From positions 9,914 to 73,913 of the forward strand of contig BTWA01000030.1 of the NCBI GenBank assembly GCA_045863295.1: a stretch of 64,000 bases of DNA. The letters run 5' to 3'. The notes under the pieces are model-generated. The model was not told the DNA's origin and did not search any database. It saw only the letters and a list, made by a program, of their open reading frames with translations. The position numbers and the translations under genes were made by a program. Numbering within the stretch: position 1 is the first letter of the stretch; every line of letters starts with the position of its first letter. This stretch comes from Candidatus Hydrogenedentota bacterium (lineage in GTDB: Bacteria > Hydrogenedentota > Hydrogenedentia > Hydrogenedentales > SLHB01). Below are positions 1-11,194 of the stretch, one piece after another.

Positions 1-1676
1 CGGATCTCGTCGGTCAGCAGTCCGCCCTGATCAAAACCGACGTAGCCGGGAGGCGCGCCGATCAGGCGGGCGACGGCGTGTTTCTCCATGTACTCGCTCA
101 TGTCGTAGCGGGCGAAATGTACGCCGAGCGTGTGGGCGAGTTGCCGCGCCACTTCCGTCTTGCCGACGCCGGTGGGCCCGGTAAACAGGAAAGATCCGAT
201 TGGTTTGTCCGGATGGCCCAGACCCGCGCGCGATCGTTTGATGGCGGTGGCGAGTTCGTGAATGGCGTCGTCCTGTCCGAACACGACCGCTTTCAGATCC
301 GTTTCGAGCGTTTCCAATTTGCCCTTATCGGACGACGACACACTGCGGGCGGGGATTTTCGCCATTTCGGCGACAATCAACTCGATGTCCTTTGGGCGGA
401 CGATCTTTTTTGCGCCGCCGAGCAGGCGCATGGCCGCGCCGGCTTCATCGATTACGTCGATGGCCTTGTCCGGCAGGAAGCGATCGTTGATGTGCTTTGC
501 GGCCAGTTCGGCAGCGGCGCGCAGGGCGGTATCGGTATAGGTGATGCCGTGATGGGATTCGTAGCGGGCTTTGAGTCCGCGCAAGATGAGCACGGTTTCT
601 TCGATCGACGGCTCGGCAATTTCGATCTTCTGGAACCGGCGCGACAAAGCCTTGTCGCGTTCGAAATGGTTTTTGTATTCCTCGTAGGTCGATGAACCGA
701 TGCAACGTAGCTCGCCCGAGGCGAGAACCGGTTTCAGGATGTTGGATGCATCGAGCGAACTGTCGGCTGTTGAGCCTGCACCGACGAGGGTGTGAATTTC
801 GTCGATAAACAGGATCACGTTCTCGCGTTTGAGCAGCGCCGCGACGACCGCCTTCAGCCGTTCCTCGAATTCGCCTCGGAATTTTGTACCCGCGACGAGG
901 CCCGCAAGGTCGAGTTGCCGGATCTCGACGCCTTTGAGTGCATCCGGCACGCGATCTTCGTGAATCCTGAGCGCGAGACCCTCGGCCATGGCGGTCTTGC
1001 CGGTACCGGGTTCGCCCACGTAGATGGGGTTGTTCTTCCGGCGACGGCACAATACGCGCACGGTGCGGCGCATTTCCCACTCGCGGCCGATCAGGGGATC
1101 GATCTTGCCGTCGCGCGCGCGTTGCGACAGATCGACGGTGAACGCCTGCAACGGATCGCGCGCGGCACGGCGCCGCCCCCGGCCTTCCTGCTCTTCGTCG
1201 AGTTCCGCCTCCGGTTCCAATTCACCGGGCGTCTCCGGGTCTTCCATCTTGGAAATGCCGTGCGAAATAAAGCTGAGCACGTCGAGCCGTCCAATGCCCT
1301 GGGCCTGAAGAAAATACGCGGCGTGGGAATCGCGTTCCTCAAACATCGCCGCGAGAATGTCGCCAGCGTCCACTTCCTTCTTGCCGGAGTAATGCACGTG
1401 GGTGATGGCGCGCTGCATCAGCCGCTCGAAACCGGCGGTTTGCTGCGGTACATACTCCGCCGTGCCGGGAACGGCCTCTAGATTTTTCAGGAAGTACTCT
1501 TCCAGGGCGACGCGAAGTTCGTCGAGATCGCCGCCGCAGTGGTAGAGAATCTCGCGGCCGTATTCGTCCTGAAGCAGGGCGTAGAGCACGTGCTCGACAC
1601 AGAGATATTCGTGCCGGCGGCGTTTGGCTTCGGCCAAGGCCTCGCCGAGGGTTACTTCCAATGATCGGCTAAACAT
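1..1676 (-). CDS. clpA: ATP-dependent Clp protease ATP-binding subunit ClpA (3' end runs off the window)
   Basis: Hand translation from the ATG at 1676 gives [35 protein letters not shown] (Clp N-domain). Further in are [14 protein letters not shown] (Walker A), [13 protein letters not shown] and a second Walker [14 protein letters not shown]. Lies directly downstream of clpS. Not listed in the ORF track, presumably because it has no stop in the window. Confidence 0.95.
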   Translation of the reverse strand, partial: MFSRSLEVTLGEALAEAKRRRHEYLCVEHVLYALLQDEYGREILYHCGGDLDELRVALEEYFLKNLEAVPGTAEYVPQQTAGFERLMQRAITHVHYSGKKEVDAGDILAAMFEERDSHAAYFLQAQGIGRLDVLSFISHGISKMEDPETPGELEPEAELDEEQEGRGRRRAARDPLQAFTVDLSQRARDGKIDPLIGREWEMRRTVRVLCRRRKNNPIYVGEPGTGKTAMAEGLALRIHEDRVPDALKGVEIRQLDLAGLVAGTKFRGEFEERLKAVVAALLKRENVILFIDEIHTLVGAGSTADSSLDASNILKPVLASGELRCIGSSTYEEYKNHFERDKALSRRFQKIEIAEPSIEETVLILRGLKARYESHHGITYTDTALRAAAELAAKHINDRFLPDKAIDVIDEAGAAMRLLGGAKKIVRPKDIELIVAEMAKIPARSVSSSDKGKLETLETDLKAVVFGQDDAIHELATAIKRSRAGLGHPDKPIGSFLFTGPTGVGKTEVARQLAHTLGVHFARYDMSEYMEKHAVARLIGAPPGYVGFDQGGLLTDEI

Positions 1677-1774
1677 CGCTTTCCTTATTTCCCGTGGCCC
1701 GCCTTGGGGGGCGCGTATTCACTTTAACACATGACGATGCGCTGTGCCTTCCGGCCGGCCTGGCAGAAGTACTG

Positions 1775-2083
1775 CTATTCCGGTTCCATGGAGCAGCGGA
1801 GGGGGAATCCCCGGTTCTGGGCCATGCTGTGGACCTGGTCGATTTTCGTTTCCGCCACTTGCGCCGGAAACACGCCGCACTCGCCCATACCTGCATGGTG
1901 TATGGCCAGCATGATCTCGATGGCGACATCCACCGGCTTCCTGAACACGGTCATGAGGACTTCGACTACGAAGTCCATGGTGGTGTAATCGTCGTTGTGC
2001 ATCAGCACCCGGTACATGGGCGGCGGCTGAAGAATCTCCTGTACGTGCTGTTCTGTCGTGGTGCCTGTACCGCTGCCTGCCAT
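1775..2083 (-). CDS. clpS: Clp protease adaptor ClpS
   Basis: PPMYRVLMHNDDYTTMDFVVEVL...IHHAG...AETK...FPLRCSMEPE signature. Start re-set to the ATG at 2083 (MAGSGTG). Confidence 0.95.
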   Translation of the reverse strand: MAGSGTGTTTEQHVQEILQPPPMYRVLMHNDDYTTMDFVVEVLMTVFRKPVDVAIEIMLAIHHAGMGECGVFPAQVAETKIDQVHSMAQNRGFPLRCSMEPE

Positions 2084-2179
2084 GTTTCTCTTCCGGGGTA
2101 TAGAGTTGCGAGAAGGTAGTCTAGCAAATGATGGACGCGATGGACGAGCGTAGCCGCACGGATCAGGTATGATTGACGA

Positions 2180-2656
2180 ATGGGCATCGAAATCGAACGG
2201 AAGTTCTTGGTGGTGGGCGACTCGTGGCTCGCGGAGGGTACAGGCATCCCCATCCGGCAGGGGTATCTCGCGTTCGGGCCGCCGGCCTCGGTGCGGGTCC
2301 GCATTCAGGGGGTTGAGGCTAATCTGAATATCAAGACCAACAAGGTATCCGCCCTCACGCGGGACGAGTTCGAGTACGCCATTCCGTTGTCCGACGCCGA
2401 TTCGCTGATGGCAAAATCCGTGCAAGGGCACATCATCGAGAAAACCCGCTACCCGGTGGACTACCGTGGCCACACGTGGGAAGTGGATGTCTTTCACGGG
2501 GCCAACCTAGGCCTCGTCGTCGCGGAGATAGAACTCACCTCCGAAGAGCAACCGTTCGCAAAGCCGCCATGGATCGGCGCGGAAGTGTCCCACGATCCGC
2601 GCTACCTGAACTCTCACCTTGCCCGTGAGCCGTATTCGGAGTGGCGCATTTTTTAG
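2180..2656 (+). CDS. CYTH domain protein (triphosphate tunnel metalloenzyme / adenylate cyclase-like)
   Basis: N-terminal EIERKFLV (ExExK), then EFEYAIP, WEVDVFHG and AEIEL motifs. Confidence 0.9.
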   Translation: MGIEIERKFLVVGDSWLAEGTGIPIRQGYLAFGPPASVRVRIQGVEANLNIKTNKVSALTRDEFEYAIPLSDADSLMAKSVQGHIIEKTRYPVDYRGHTWEVDVFHGANLGLVVAEIELTSEEQPFAKPPWIGAEVSHDPRYLNSHLAREPYSEWRIF

Positions 2657-2670
2657 TGCCGGGATGCCCC

Positions 2671-2719
2671 TTGACAATTTCTTACGTTTGTGAGATTCTT
2701 TTGTCTTACAGACGTAAGA
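2671..2719 (+). promoter_or_regulatory. Promoter -35 (TTGACA) followed by two BlaI/MecI/CopY-type palindromic operators
   Basis: TTGACA at 2671-2676. TCTTAC-gttt-GTGAGA at 2680-2695 and TCTTAC-agac-GTAAGA at 2704-2719 resemble the TACAnnTGTA box of the BlaI/CopY family and lie just upstream of the repressor gene. Confidence 0.75.
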
Positions 2720-2742
2720 TTATGGAAAGGGGAATTGGTGCC

Positions 2743-3135
2743 ATGGCGAAGAATCCCAGTATTTCCTCGGCGGAATGGGCGGTCATGCAGGTTTTGTGGC
2801 GCAGAGCGCCGCAGACGGCCATCGAAGTCTCCGAAGCATTGGCGGGTCAAGTTGACTGGCATCCAAAAACGGTCCGGACTCTCTTGGGCCGACTGCTTGC
2901 CAAAGGGGCCGTTCGCCGTAAAAAGGAATCCGGGGCCTTTCGGTTCTGGCCGGAAGTGACTGAGACCGATTGCCTGCGGGAAGAAAGCCAATCCTTTCTT
3001 GAGCGGTGCTTTGGGGGCAGTCCAGTACCCTTACTCGCACACTTCATCGAACGCGAAGACTTGAGCGACGACGACATTCAGGCCCTTCGAGCAATGCTTG
3101 ATGCCCGGTCCGGTGGGGAGAAATCCCATGACTGA
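2743..3135 (+). CDS. BlaI/MecI/CopY family transcriptional repressor
   Basis: ISSAEWAVMQVLW...WHPKTVRTLLGRLLAKGAV...FLERCFGGS..LLAHFIE..LS..DI..L. Start re-set to the ATG at 2743. Confidence 0.92.
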   Translation: MAKNPSISSAEWAVMQVLWRRAPQTAIEVSEALAGQVDWHPKTVRTLLGRLLAKGAVRRKKESGAFRFWPEVTETDCLREESQSFLERCFGGSPVPLLAHFIEREDLSDDDIQALRAMLDARSGGEKSHD

Positions 3136-5080
3136 GATCTCCGCTCTTTTGTCTCCGGGCTTTGACGCGGTCCTACGGCTTTCCCTGCAAGCGGGCGCTC
3201 TAGTGCTCCTCATACTGCTTCTGCAGTGGGCTTTGAAAAAGCATTTAACCGCCCGCTGGCGGCATGCCCTCTGGGGCTTGCTTCTACTCCGGCTCGCAAT
3301 TCCTTACTCCATCCTCCTGCCTGTCTCCCTAACATCGGTAACGGGAACCGCCTTGGAGGAGATTCCTATCTTGAACCCGATTCCATCGCCCTTGTCCAGC
3401 CACAAAACCGATCCGATTCTCAATTCGCCGGGACCGGAAAATAGTCCGGTGTCCGAGGAGATTTCCTATGTGCAACTGATTCCCCTGCTTTGGCTATTCG
3501 GATGGGGCGTTGCAGGAGCAATCCTGCTCATTCGCTATTCGTTGTTCCGCAGAAATCTCTCGGGAATCGAAAGCATAACCGAGCCTGATGTCCTACGAAT
3601 ATTTGAGGAGAGTCGATCGCGGCTGGGCGTACGCCGATCACTGTCTCTGGTCACGGGCCCACCGAGCATGGGACCGGCGTTGGCGGGCCTCTTGCATACT
3701 CGATTGATTGTGCCGCCGGATCTCTTACATCGTAGCAAACGCGATCACTTGAAGTATGTGTTGTTGCACGAACTAGCGCACGCAAAGCGTCACGACTTAC
3801 TCGTGGGTTGGGCCTTCGATCTCCTCTCCGCCCTGCACTGGTTCAACCCGCTCCTTGCACTTGCGAAGAGGCGCATGGCATCAGACCGTGAGTTGGCCTG
3901 CGACGCGCACGTACTCTCCCATCTCCATCCGGAAGAACGCACAAAGTACGGCCATACCTTGCTCGACGAATACCAGCTGCGGCGGCCACTGGTCCGCGCG
4001 CCGGGTCTCGCGGCGGTACTGGAAGGCAAAACCAACATTGAAAGGAGAATCGCCATGGTTTCGAACTATACCAAGCCCCGCCGGATTCAATCGTTCATCG
4101 CGTTTGCCGCGCTTGCGTCAATTTCAACGATTGGTTTTACGGGAATTACGGCCAGCGACAAAAGTGAAGCGACAGTCAGTGTTGTAGGTGCCGCAGATTC
4201 CGGTTCCAGCGTCCCGGATCTTGAAATCCTACCGGAGGATATTGCCGCCTTCACAACCCAAGGCGGTGATGGCCGGCTTCTCGCAACCGTCCGGAATCAC
4301 GGACCCTCCGACCAGCAAGTAAGCGTTGCATTTCATCGCATTGAGCAGGCTGATACCGCGGGATCGGACAACTCAGCCGGTGCTCAACTGGTTGAACTGT
4401 CCAGGGAGACGATTCTGGTTCCCGCAAACGGCTCGGCATCGTCTTCCTTTCGTTGGCGACCCAAGGCGGGAATGCACTCCATTCGGGTGACTCTTGATCC
4501 TGACAACAACATTCACGAAAGTAACCGAGGCAACAACGAAGCTCTTTGCGCGATCGCCTGCTACAAAGACGATGGCAAGCTGCTCTTCGGATACGGCAAG
4601 AAGCCGGAGCAATTTGCAATCGTGCAAGCACCTAAAATTGTTGTCGTGGATACAAAGAAGCTGTCCGAGTCCTCGCCTTGGGCCGAAAAGACGAAGGCCC
4701 ATGTTGAGCAACTTAGGAGTGTACTTCAGAGCGAGATTGACGAATTGGCTGACGAAATCAAGAGGTTAAAGGAAACACACCCCGAGCAAGTCGAAGAGAA
4801 ACTAAATACGCTCAGGATTGAGGTGCGAAAAATGCAGGCGCACATCGACATTGAAACTTCCGCCTATGCCCGCGAACTGCAGTTGCGGTTTGCCAATGCT
4901 GCGAAAGCAATTGGCGAAAGGGAAGGCTACCTCGCGATTGTCGACTCCAACCGTGGAACTCTCGCAGGAGCGCTGTGGATCCAAGAGGGTGTGGCAATCC
5001 CCGAGAACAGTGTCATTACCGGTCCCGATATAACCCCAGAATTGACGAAAGTACTGCTGGAAACAGAATCCAATTCCTAG
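3128..5080 (+). CDS. BlaR1-like M56 metallopeptidase signal transducer with CARDB-like and OmpH/Skp-like C-terminal domains
   Basis: WRHALWGLLLLRLAIP, HELAHAKRHD (HExxH), WFNPLL, RELACD, IERRIAM. Then PDL...VTLDPDNNIHESNRGNN (CARDB-like) and KIVVVD...AAKAIGEREGYLAIVD...DITPEL (Skp-like). Start overlaps the end of the repressor gene. Confidence 0.88.
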   Translation: MTEISALLSPGFDAVLRLSLQAGALVLLILLLQWALKKHLTARWRHALWGLLLLRLAIPYSILLPVSLTSVTGTALEEIPILNPIPSPLSSHKTDPILNSPGPENSPVSEEISYVQLIPLLWLFGWGVAGAILLIRYSLFRRNLSGIESITEPDVLRIFEESRSRLGVRRSLSLVTGPPSMGPALAGLLHTRLIVPPDLLHRSKRDHLKYVLLHELAHAKRHDLLVGWAFDLLSALHWFNPLLALAKRRMASDRELACDAHVLSHLHPEERTKYGHTLLDEYQLRRPLVRAPGLAAVLEGKTNIERRIAMVSNYTKPRRIQSFIAFAALASISTIGFTGITASDKSEATVSVVGAADSGSSVPDLEILPEDIAAFTTQGGDGRLLATVRNHGPSDQQVSVAFHRIEQADTAGSDNSAGAQLVELSRETILVPANGSASSSFRWRPKAGMHSIRVTLDPDNNIHESNRGNNEALCAIACYKDDGKLLFGYGKKPEQFAIVQAPKIVVVDTKKLSESSPWAEKTKAHVEQLRSVLQSEIDELADEIKRLKETHPEQVEEKLNTLRIEVRKMQAHIDIETSAYARELQLRFANAAKAIGEREGYLAIVDSNRGTLAGALWIQEGVAIPENSVITGPDITPELTKVLLETESNS

Positions 5081-5634
5081 AAAGTTTCCAATATTTGAGG
5101 GTGTTTCAGCGTGAAACGTTTCGTACTGTTTCGCGATCTTGAAAATGCGGATCTAACCCATGGAAAATCGGCCGAAATGCGGGCGATTGGCCTTTCGGCG
5201 GGGTGTTGTAGTGGCCCTTTTTCGGGGCCCATTTGTGTCGCATGAGGGGGATCGGCTCCATTCAAATTGGGCCGTCAATGCGATGAATCGGGGCGGTCCG
5301 GCTCCGAAATCCACCCGCGCAACCACAAATGGGATTGCTGGCTGCATCCACCTTTGCATCGCAACCTCTAAACCTGCCCGGTAGCCCTTCACCGCGGGAT
5401 AGGACAGACTCCGGAATCTGGTCCTTCGACGTCGATTCGAGGTGGGTGTGAAACGGCGACGAAACGACTCTACAGATAGATTTTGGAATCGATCTACCTG
5501 CGTTCAGGATTGTATTCCGGCCCAAGAGGCGGCGGCTCGCCGCAGTCGAAACAGATGCCTTGTCGCCGCAAAGCGAGGGTTTCCTGGCTCCTGCAGTTGT
5601 AAGAAACGGGAGCCTTCCATTTGGCCGGTCACTG

Positions 5635-7515
5635 TTACGAGGCGGCCAGGGAGGATTGCCGCTTTTCCTCGCGCTTACGCATTTCGTGATCGAGTATGGC
5701 CTTGCGCATGCGGACATTTTTCGGTGTGACTTCGACGAGTTCGTCTTGGGCAATCCACTCCAGGGCCGTGTCGAGCGTGAGGAGTCGCGGCACGTCGAGG
5801 GTCGTGGTCATATCCTTGGTAGCCGACCGGTGGTTGGTCAGTTTTTTGGCCTTGGTGGGGTTGCAGGGGAAGTCGCCAGGGCGGCTGCTTTCGCCGATGA
5901 TCATGCCGTTGTAAACGGGGGTCATGGGCTTGATGAATAGCGTGCCCCGTTCTTGCAGGTTCTCGAGCGAGTAGGCGGTGGCGTCACCCTGGTCCATGGA
6001 GATCATCGAGCCTTTATTGCGTGAGGCGATTTCGCCGGCCCACGGATAGTATCCGATGAAGCGCGAGGTCATGATGCCCAGGCCGCGCGTATCCGTGAGG
6101 AATTCCGTGCGGTAGCCGAGCAAGCCGCGCGTAGGGATGTGGAATTCGAGGCGGATGGCGTTGTCACGTTCCATGAACAGGTTCTTCATGTCGCCCTTGC
6201 GCCGCGCCAGTTTTTCCATAACAGATCCCTGGAAGTCCATGGGGATGTCGATGATGACTTCTTCATACGGCTCCAGAGTCTTGCCGTGAGAGTCTTTATG
6301 GGTGATGATTTCCGGGGCGGAGACGCAGAGTTCCATCCCTTCACGGCGCATTTCCTCGATAAGGATGGCGAGGTGCAATTCGCCGCGGCCGGAGACTTTG
6401 ACGCCGTCCGCGCGGTTGATTTCCTCGACGCGCAGAGCGACGTTCGTGCGCAGTTCGCGGGCGAGGCGATCGCGCAATTCACGAATGGTCGCAGCGCGGC
6501 CGTCCTGTCCGGAAAACGGCCCGGAGTTCACCAGAAAGAGCATCGAGACTGTCGGTTCCTCGATTTCGAGGGGGGCCTGCGCGGCGTTCTGCAATTCCGG
6601 CGCGGCAAAGGTATCACCGATGTTTACTTCCTTAGGGCCGGCCACCCAGACGATGTCGCCGGCCGACGCTTCGTCGACTTCGATAAGGTCGAGCCCGCGG
6701 GTGGCCCAGATGTAGTTGGCGCGTTCCATGGTCGTTTCGACCACCTGAAACTCATCGCGGGCCAGTGTATCAATCCAGTCCGTCGTGATTCGTTGAAACG
6801 CCGGGCCTTTTCTAAGCATCCCTTGTTGCACCCGGCCGCAGGCAATACGGCCGATATGGTCGCGCCAGCCGATGGACGACACCTGCATAAGAAACGGAGC
6901 GTCAAGATCGGCTTTGGGCGACGGGACGTGCTCGATAATGGTTTCAAAGAGGTGATCCATACCCTCGTGCTTGTCCTTGGCAAGGTCGCGCACGAGCCAG
7001 CCGTTGAGGCCGGACCCGTAGAGTACGGGAAAGTCGATTTGATCGTCCGAGGCCCCCAGTTCGATGAATAGATCGAGGGTTTTGTCGAGGGCGCGGCTGG
7101 GTTCGGCATTGGGCCGGTCGACCTTGTTGATGATGACAATGGGGCGCATGCCAAGTTTCAGGGCGCGCATGGTCACGTAGCGCGTCTGGGGCATGGGCCC
7201 TTCGTTGGCATCGACCAGGAGCAACACAGAATCGACCATCGACAGGACCCGTTCGACTTCCCCGGAAAAGTCAGCATGGCCGGGCGTATCGACGATATTG
7301 AAGTGGTAATCCTTCCAATTGACAGCGCAGTGCTTGGCACGGATGGTAATGCCGCGTTCCTTTTCCAACTCATTGGAGTCCATGACCCGTTCGGATATGC
7401 GGGCATTTTCGCGAAACGTGTGGGTAACGCGGAAAATGGAGTCGATGAGGGTGGTTTTACCATGGTCGATGTGCGCAATAATGGCGATATTGCGGATCTT
7501 ATCTGCGGTATGCAT
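5635..7515 (-). CDS. typA: Translational GTPase TypA/BipA
   Basis: [65 protein letters not shown]. Start at the ATG at 7515. Confidence 0.96.
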   Translation of the reverse strand: MHTADKIRNIAIIAHIDHGKTTLIDSIFRVTHTFRENARISERVMDSNELEKERGITIRAKHCAVNWKDYHFNIVDTPGHADFSGEVERVLSMVDSVLLLVDANEGPMPQTRYVTMRALKLGMRPIVIINKVDRPNAEPSRALDKTLDLFIELGASDDQIDFPVLYGSGLNGWLVRDLAKDKHEGMDHLFETIIEHVPSPKADLDAPFLMQVSSIGWRDHIGRIACGRVQQGMLRKGPAFQRITTDWIDTLARDEFQVVETTMERANYIWATRGLDLIEVDEASAGDIVWVAGPKEVNIGDTFAAPELQNAAQAPLEIEEPTVSMLFLVNSGPFSGQDGRAATIRELRDRLARELRTNVALRVEEINRADGVKVSGRGELHLAILIEEMRREGMELCVSAPEIITHKDSHGKTLEPYEEVIIDIPMDFQGSVMEKLARRKGDMKNLFMERDNAIRLEFHIPTRGLLGYRTEFLTDTRGLGIMTSRFIGYYPWAGEIASRNKGSMISMDQGDATAYSLENLQERGTLFIKPMTPVYNGMIIGESSRPGDFPCNPTKAKKLTNHRSATKDMTTTLDVPRLLTLDTALEWIAQDELVEVTPKNVRMRKAILDHEMRKREEKRQSSLAAS

Positions 7516-7722
7516 GGGAGAATTTGACCGATCTTCCAGGACTGCTGGATGCTGAATACGGGGCGACGATAGCCTATTTGGGTTAGATTCCTGCAAGCCA
7601 AGCGACTGTATAGTGTACTTGAAAGCAGGGTTTGGGGTCAAATTGCCGTTGCCAAACGAAAGGTGGATAGCGGTGCGGAATGGCGGTCTGTGGGGATTTC
7701 GCACTTCCACAGAAGCCAGGAA

Positions 7723-8742
7723 ATGGGGTCGATTTTGGGGTCATCCAACTCGGGCAATCCAGGATTGTCACGACGCCTGCTGACAGGCCTGCGCGCAGGT
7801 CTGTTGATTGCCGTTACGGCGGGGGGCTTGACCCTGGTGTGCGGTGAAATGGCGTTGCGGATGTTGTTTCCACAAGCAGTGATGTTTCCGCGCTGGGAAG
7901 TTTCGCCGGACTACGGGGTGATCCTGCCGGCAGACGCTGTCATGGTCCATGCGAAACCTGGGGAATGGGAGTTCCGGTACACCATCAACGCTGACCGGTG
8001 CCGCGGGCCGTTGCCGAACCTACGCGATGCCGCGAATAAGCAACGCATCGTGGTTCTTGGCGATTCTTATGCCATGGGCATGGGCGTGGACGACGGCGAC
8101 GAGTTTCCGGCGGTGATGTCCCAAGAACTGGGCGCTGGCTATGAGGTCATAAATGCGGCCAATCCCGGCTGGGGTTTGCCGCAGCAAATTCGGCGGTACT
8201 ACGAGTACGGAAAAAGACATTCCCCGGGAGCAGTGGTGCTGCAGTTCTGCGCGAACGACCCTGCCGACGGCGCGGCGGACCCGGTCACGGAGTTCAAGGA
8301 CGGTGCTTTCCTTTTTCAGCCTTCCGTGCGTCGCCACAACCCGATCTTTCGTGCGCTGTCAGGGGTTGGCTTTGTGCAATCCAGCCAGATCTACGCATTA
8401 CTTCGCACGTGGTATGAGACTCGACGCGACGCCGGTCCGAGTGATTCAGATCCCGCGACACCTCAGGTCGAAGCACAGTATTGCGCGCTTCTGGAACCGT
8501 TTGCCCGCGATCTGCATTCCGAAGGGATACGGCTGGTGTTGATTAGCGTCAACGGCCAATTGGACGAGTTTCCAGCCATCCGTTCCCTGGTAGGGCGGCT
8601 CGACGCTGCGTCCCATCTTCGCTATGTAGAAGTCGCTGAGTGGTTCGACGGCGGTACGGCCGTTCCTTCCCCTGAAGGGCATCAATGGGGCACCGAGGCC
8701 CACAAAGTAATCGGGACCCGGTTGGCGGATATACTGCGCTGA
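7723..8742 (+). CDS. SGNH/GDSL hydrolase family protein with N-terminal membrane anchor
   Basis: RIVVLGDSYAMG (block I), INAANPGWG, QFCAND, EGHQW (block V-like). Start uncertain (7663 or 7723). Confidence 0.8.
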   Translation: MGSILGSSNSGNPGLSRRLLTGLRAGLLIAVTAGGLTLVCGEMALRMLFPQAVMFPRWEVSPDYGVILPADAVMVHAKPGEWEFRYTINADRCRGPLPNLRDAANKQRIVVLGDSYAMGMGVDDGDEFPAVMSQELGAGYEVINAANPGWGLPQQIRRYYEYGKRHSPGAVVLQFCANDPADGAADPVTEFKDGAFLFQPSVRRHNPIFRALSGVGFVQSSQIYALLRTWYETRRDAGPSDSDPATPQVEAQYCALLEPFARDLHSEGIRLVLISVNGQLDEFPAIRSLVGRLDAASHLRYVEVAEWFDGGTAVPSPEGHQWGTEAHKVIGTRLADILR

Positions 8743-8753
8743 CAGTGGCCGTG

Positions 8754-9893
8754 TTACTGCGGTGTTTGTTGGGGAGCAGGCGCGGCCTCCTCACCGAACA
8801 TGTGCTGCAACGCCTGCAACAATTTTGGATTGCCTGCCAACTGCTTTTCGATGTCGAGGTACACGGATAGAGCGCCGGAGTCGGCGGTGGCTCCGTTGCA
8901 GAATTCCCGGACGGCATTGGCACCCTTGTCCGCCATGAGACCTCGCCGGATGTCGTCCTTGGCTTCCTCCAAGGAAATCTCTTCTCCCGGAACCGAGTCA
9001 ACGAGCTTAATGATGTGATACCCGTATTCGCTCGAGATTACGGCGCTGGTATCGCCGGGTTTCATTTTCATAGCCGCTTCCCGAATAAATACCGGTAACT
9101 TTGCGGCAGGTTGCATGCCCCAGTCGCCCCCCTGTTCCTTGTACGCACCTTCCGAGACATTCTTGGCAACACCTTCAAAACTTTGGCCCGCGAGAATGCG
9201 CTGCAACGCTTCGGTTGCTTTTCGTTCGGCTTCTTTCTTCTTGGAATCCGGCACGCCTTTGGCCGCGAAGTAGATTTGTTTCACGTGCAGCATGTCGGGC
9301 CGCCGGGCGCGGTCCTTAAATTTCTCATACCAAGCGGTGACTTCCTCGTCGGTGACCGTCACGCCACGTTCCTTGATGATTTCCGTGCGCGCGCGTTCAA
9401 TCATTAAGGCCTCACGCAATTCTTCCCTGGCCGCTTCTTTGGTGCCGCCGGAAGCTTTAAGGACCTCGTCTTCCGTGGGCAAGTCGGTTTCCGATCGCCC
9501 CTGTTTACGCGCCATGGCTTTTCGAAGCGCGTCCATCTGCTTATTCCATGCGGCGTCCAGATCCGCTTCCGGAATAGTGAGTTTGCGGCGAACGGCCTCT
9601 TGCTTAAGGAGAGTCCGTTCAATCAGTTCCCTAAGTACGCCGAGCGCAATACCGATGCGAACTTCGTCGGATGTTTGTTGCGCGGGATTCAAATCGGCCC
9701 ATCGGGCAACTTCACCGAGATAGAGATCGCGGTATTCTTCGGCTGAGATGACTTCCTGGTTGACGATGGCGACCGGTCCGTTCGGGATGGCCTTCATCAC
9801 GATATCCATTTTTTCCAGATTCGGGGTCTGGGCTGACGCCACTACCGCAGCTCCGGTCAGGAGCAGGGCCAAGACCCGATTATGCAAAGACAT
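8754..9893 (-). CDS. Periplasmic peptidyl-prolyl cis-trans isomerase/chaperone (SurA/PrsA-like, parvulin domain)
   Basis: Signal peptide MSLHNRVLALLLTGAAVVASA, a SurA-N-like helical region, and parvulin motifs FEGVAKNVSE, GGDWG, SEYGYHIIKL. Confidence 0.85.
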   Translation of the reverse strand: MSLHNRVLALLLTGAAVVASAQTPNLEKMDIVMKAIPNGPVAIVNQEVISAEEYRDLYLGEVARWADLNPAQQTSDEVRIGIALGVLRELIERTLLKQEAVRRKLTIPEADLDAAWNKQMDALRKAMARKQGRSETDLPTEDEVLKASGGTKEAAREELREALMIERARTEIIKERGVTVTDEEVTAWYEKFKDRARRPDMLHVKQIYFAAKGVPDSKKKEAERKATEALQRILAGQSFEGVAKNVSEGAYKEQGGDWGMQPAAKLPVFIREAAMKMKPGDTSAVISSEYGYHIIKLVDSVPGEEISLEEAKDDIRRGLMADKGANAVREFCNGATADSGALSVYLDIEKQLAGNPKLLQALQHMFGEEAAPAPQQTPQ

Positions 9894-10198
9894 TACGATT
9901 CTCCTTCTGCTTCGGCGGCGGCCTTTTCCCGTTCGGCGGCCAACGCGGAAGCCAGCTGCTTTCTGTCGGTAATGTGGGTCTTGTGGATAATTCTCACCAC
10001 AACCCACGCAATGACATAGACGGCCAAGAACGTGGCGAGCACGCGGAAAGCCACGGTGAAGCCATCCATTTCCGCAAGAAAACACAGTGCCATGACAATA
10101 GTGGCACACAAGGCGGCGACCGTCAGTGCCACCTTATCGCCGTTCATGTCGAGTGCGGCGACCGTCTTTTTTTGTTTCGTTTTTGCGGACCGGCTCAC
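9893..10198 (-). CDS. Small hypothetical membrane protein (2 TM)
   Basis: Two hydrophobic segments; stop overlaps the PPIase start, suggesting translational coupling. Confidence 0.6.
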   Translation of the reverse strand: MSRSAKTKQKKTVAALDMNGDKVALTVAALCATIVMALCFLAEMDGFTVAFRVLATFLAVYVIAWVVVRIIHKTHITDRKQLASALAAEREKAAAEAEGES

Positions 10199-10253
10199 GC
10201 GCTAATGCTAACGCGGAGCTTGTGTGGGGGTCAACAAAATGGCAGAGCACGGG

Positions 10254-11141
10254 CTATGCGTGGGTGGAGACGTGGACTTCCTCGGAACCCCATTCGTGCG
10301 TATGGACGAAGCGGTGCACACAACAGGCGGCGTCCTGTATGTCCAGCCGGGAAAATTCCCCGGTCACGCTTTCCTTGCGGTTCCGGTAGAAGAATGCTCC
10401 GGTGGTGAGATGGCGTAAGTTGGGATAGTGGGGATCCTGCGTGTGGCTGAAACGGTGCACATGGCCCGCCACATAAAGAATCCGCTTGCCGGATTCTCCC
10501 AGGGCCTTACGCAGGGCATCCGCGTTCCGGAGCCGTCGTTCGCGGGTGAGTTCGTAGGCATGGGTGCGGTTCAGGAGCGGATAGTGTCCCGCAACGATGA
10601 TGACGGAATCTTCGCATCGCGAGAGCAATTCGGCAGTTTTTTCAATCTCCAATTCGTGGATAAGACCCTTAGAGGACAGCATATTCGGACAAACCGTGGG
10701 TACGAGGATGATGGGTGTGCCCCCGGCCAATGTACGACGGACGGGAAATCCCGCTGGCGGCAACAGGGGTCCAAAATGCCGGGCAAAGCGGTGATCGCGG
10801 ACCGACTCAAACGTGTACACATCATGATTTCCGGGCACGAGATGCACGCTGAATCCGGAACGCTGGAGGCGATCGACAAACGCCTTGGCCATGGCAAACT
10901 CCGCCTCGGACGCCGTGGATGTAAAATCCCCGGTAAGCAGAATATCCGTCCCACCTGCCGCACGAAGCGCCTCGATGTAGGGATCGGCCGCCTCCATTTT
11001 GAAATAGCGGCGCCGCTTGAGCAGGACATTGAGATTTCCCATCGCACGCTTATTCAGCATGCGCAAGGGATTCCATTCCACCTGCCAGAAATGCAGATCG
11101 GCCACGTGCAACAGCACGTCGCGTGGGAGCTGAACATCCAT
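10254..11141 (-). CDS. Metallophosphoesterase (calcineurin-like, CpdA/Icc type)
   Basis: DLH, TGDFT, PGNHD, GHYP and GHVH motifs. Confidence 0.9.
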   Translation of the reverse strand: MDVQLPRDVLLHVADLHFWQVEWNPLRMLNKRAMGNLNVLLKRRRYFKMEAADPYIEALRAAGGTDILLTGDFTSTASEAEFAMAKAFVDRLQRSGFSVHLVPGNHDVYTFESVRDHRFARHFGPLLPPAGFPVRRTLAGGTPIILVPTVCPNMLSSKGLIHELEIEKTAELLSRCEDSVIIVAGHYPLLNRTHAYELTRERRLRNADALRKALGESGKRILYVAGHVHRFSHTQDPHYPNLRHLTTGAFFYRNRKESVTGEFSRLDIQDAACCVHRFVHTHEWGSEEVHVSTHA

Positions 11142-11194
11142 CGTAGGCGCCTAACCTCGTCTATGCCGGAGTATGTACTCGAATTGCGCGGCAA

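Noticed and set aside
2084..2497. N-terminal extension of the clpS ORF
   Set aside because: It overlaps the CYTH gene on the opposite strand; ClpS homology begins at the ATG at 2083.
5081..5634. Long intergenic region with hairpins and a GTGTGAAAC motif, considered as CRISPR or ncRNA
   Set aside because: No repeated unit with spacers, no cas genes, and no recognisable RNA family by eye.
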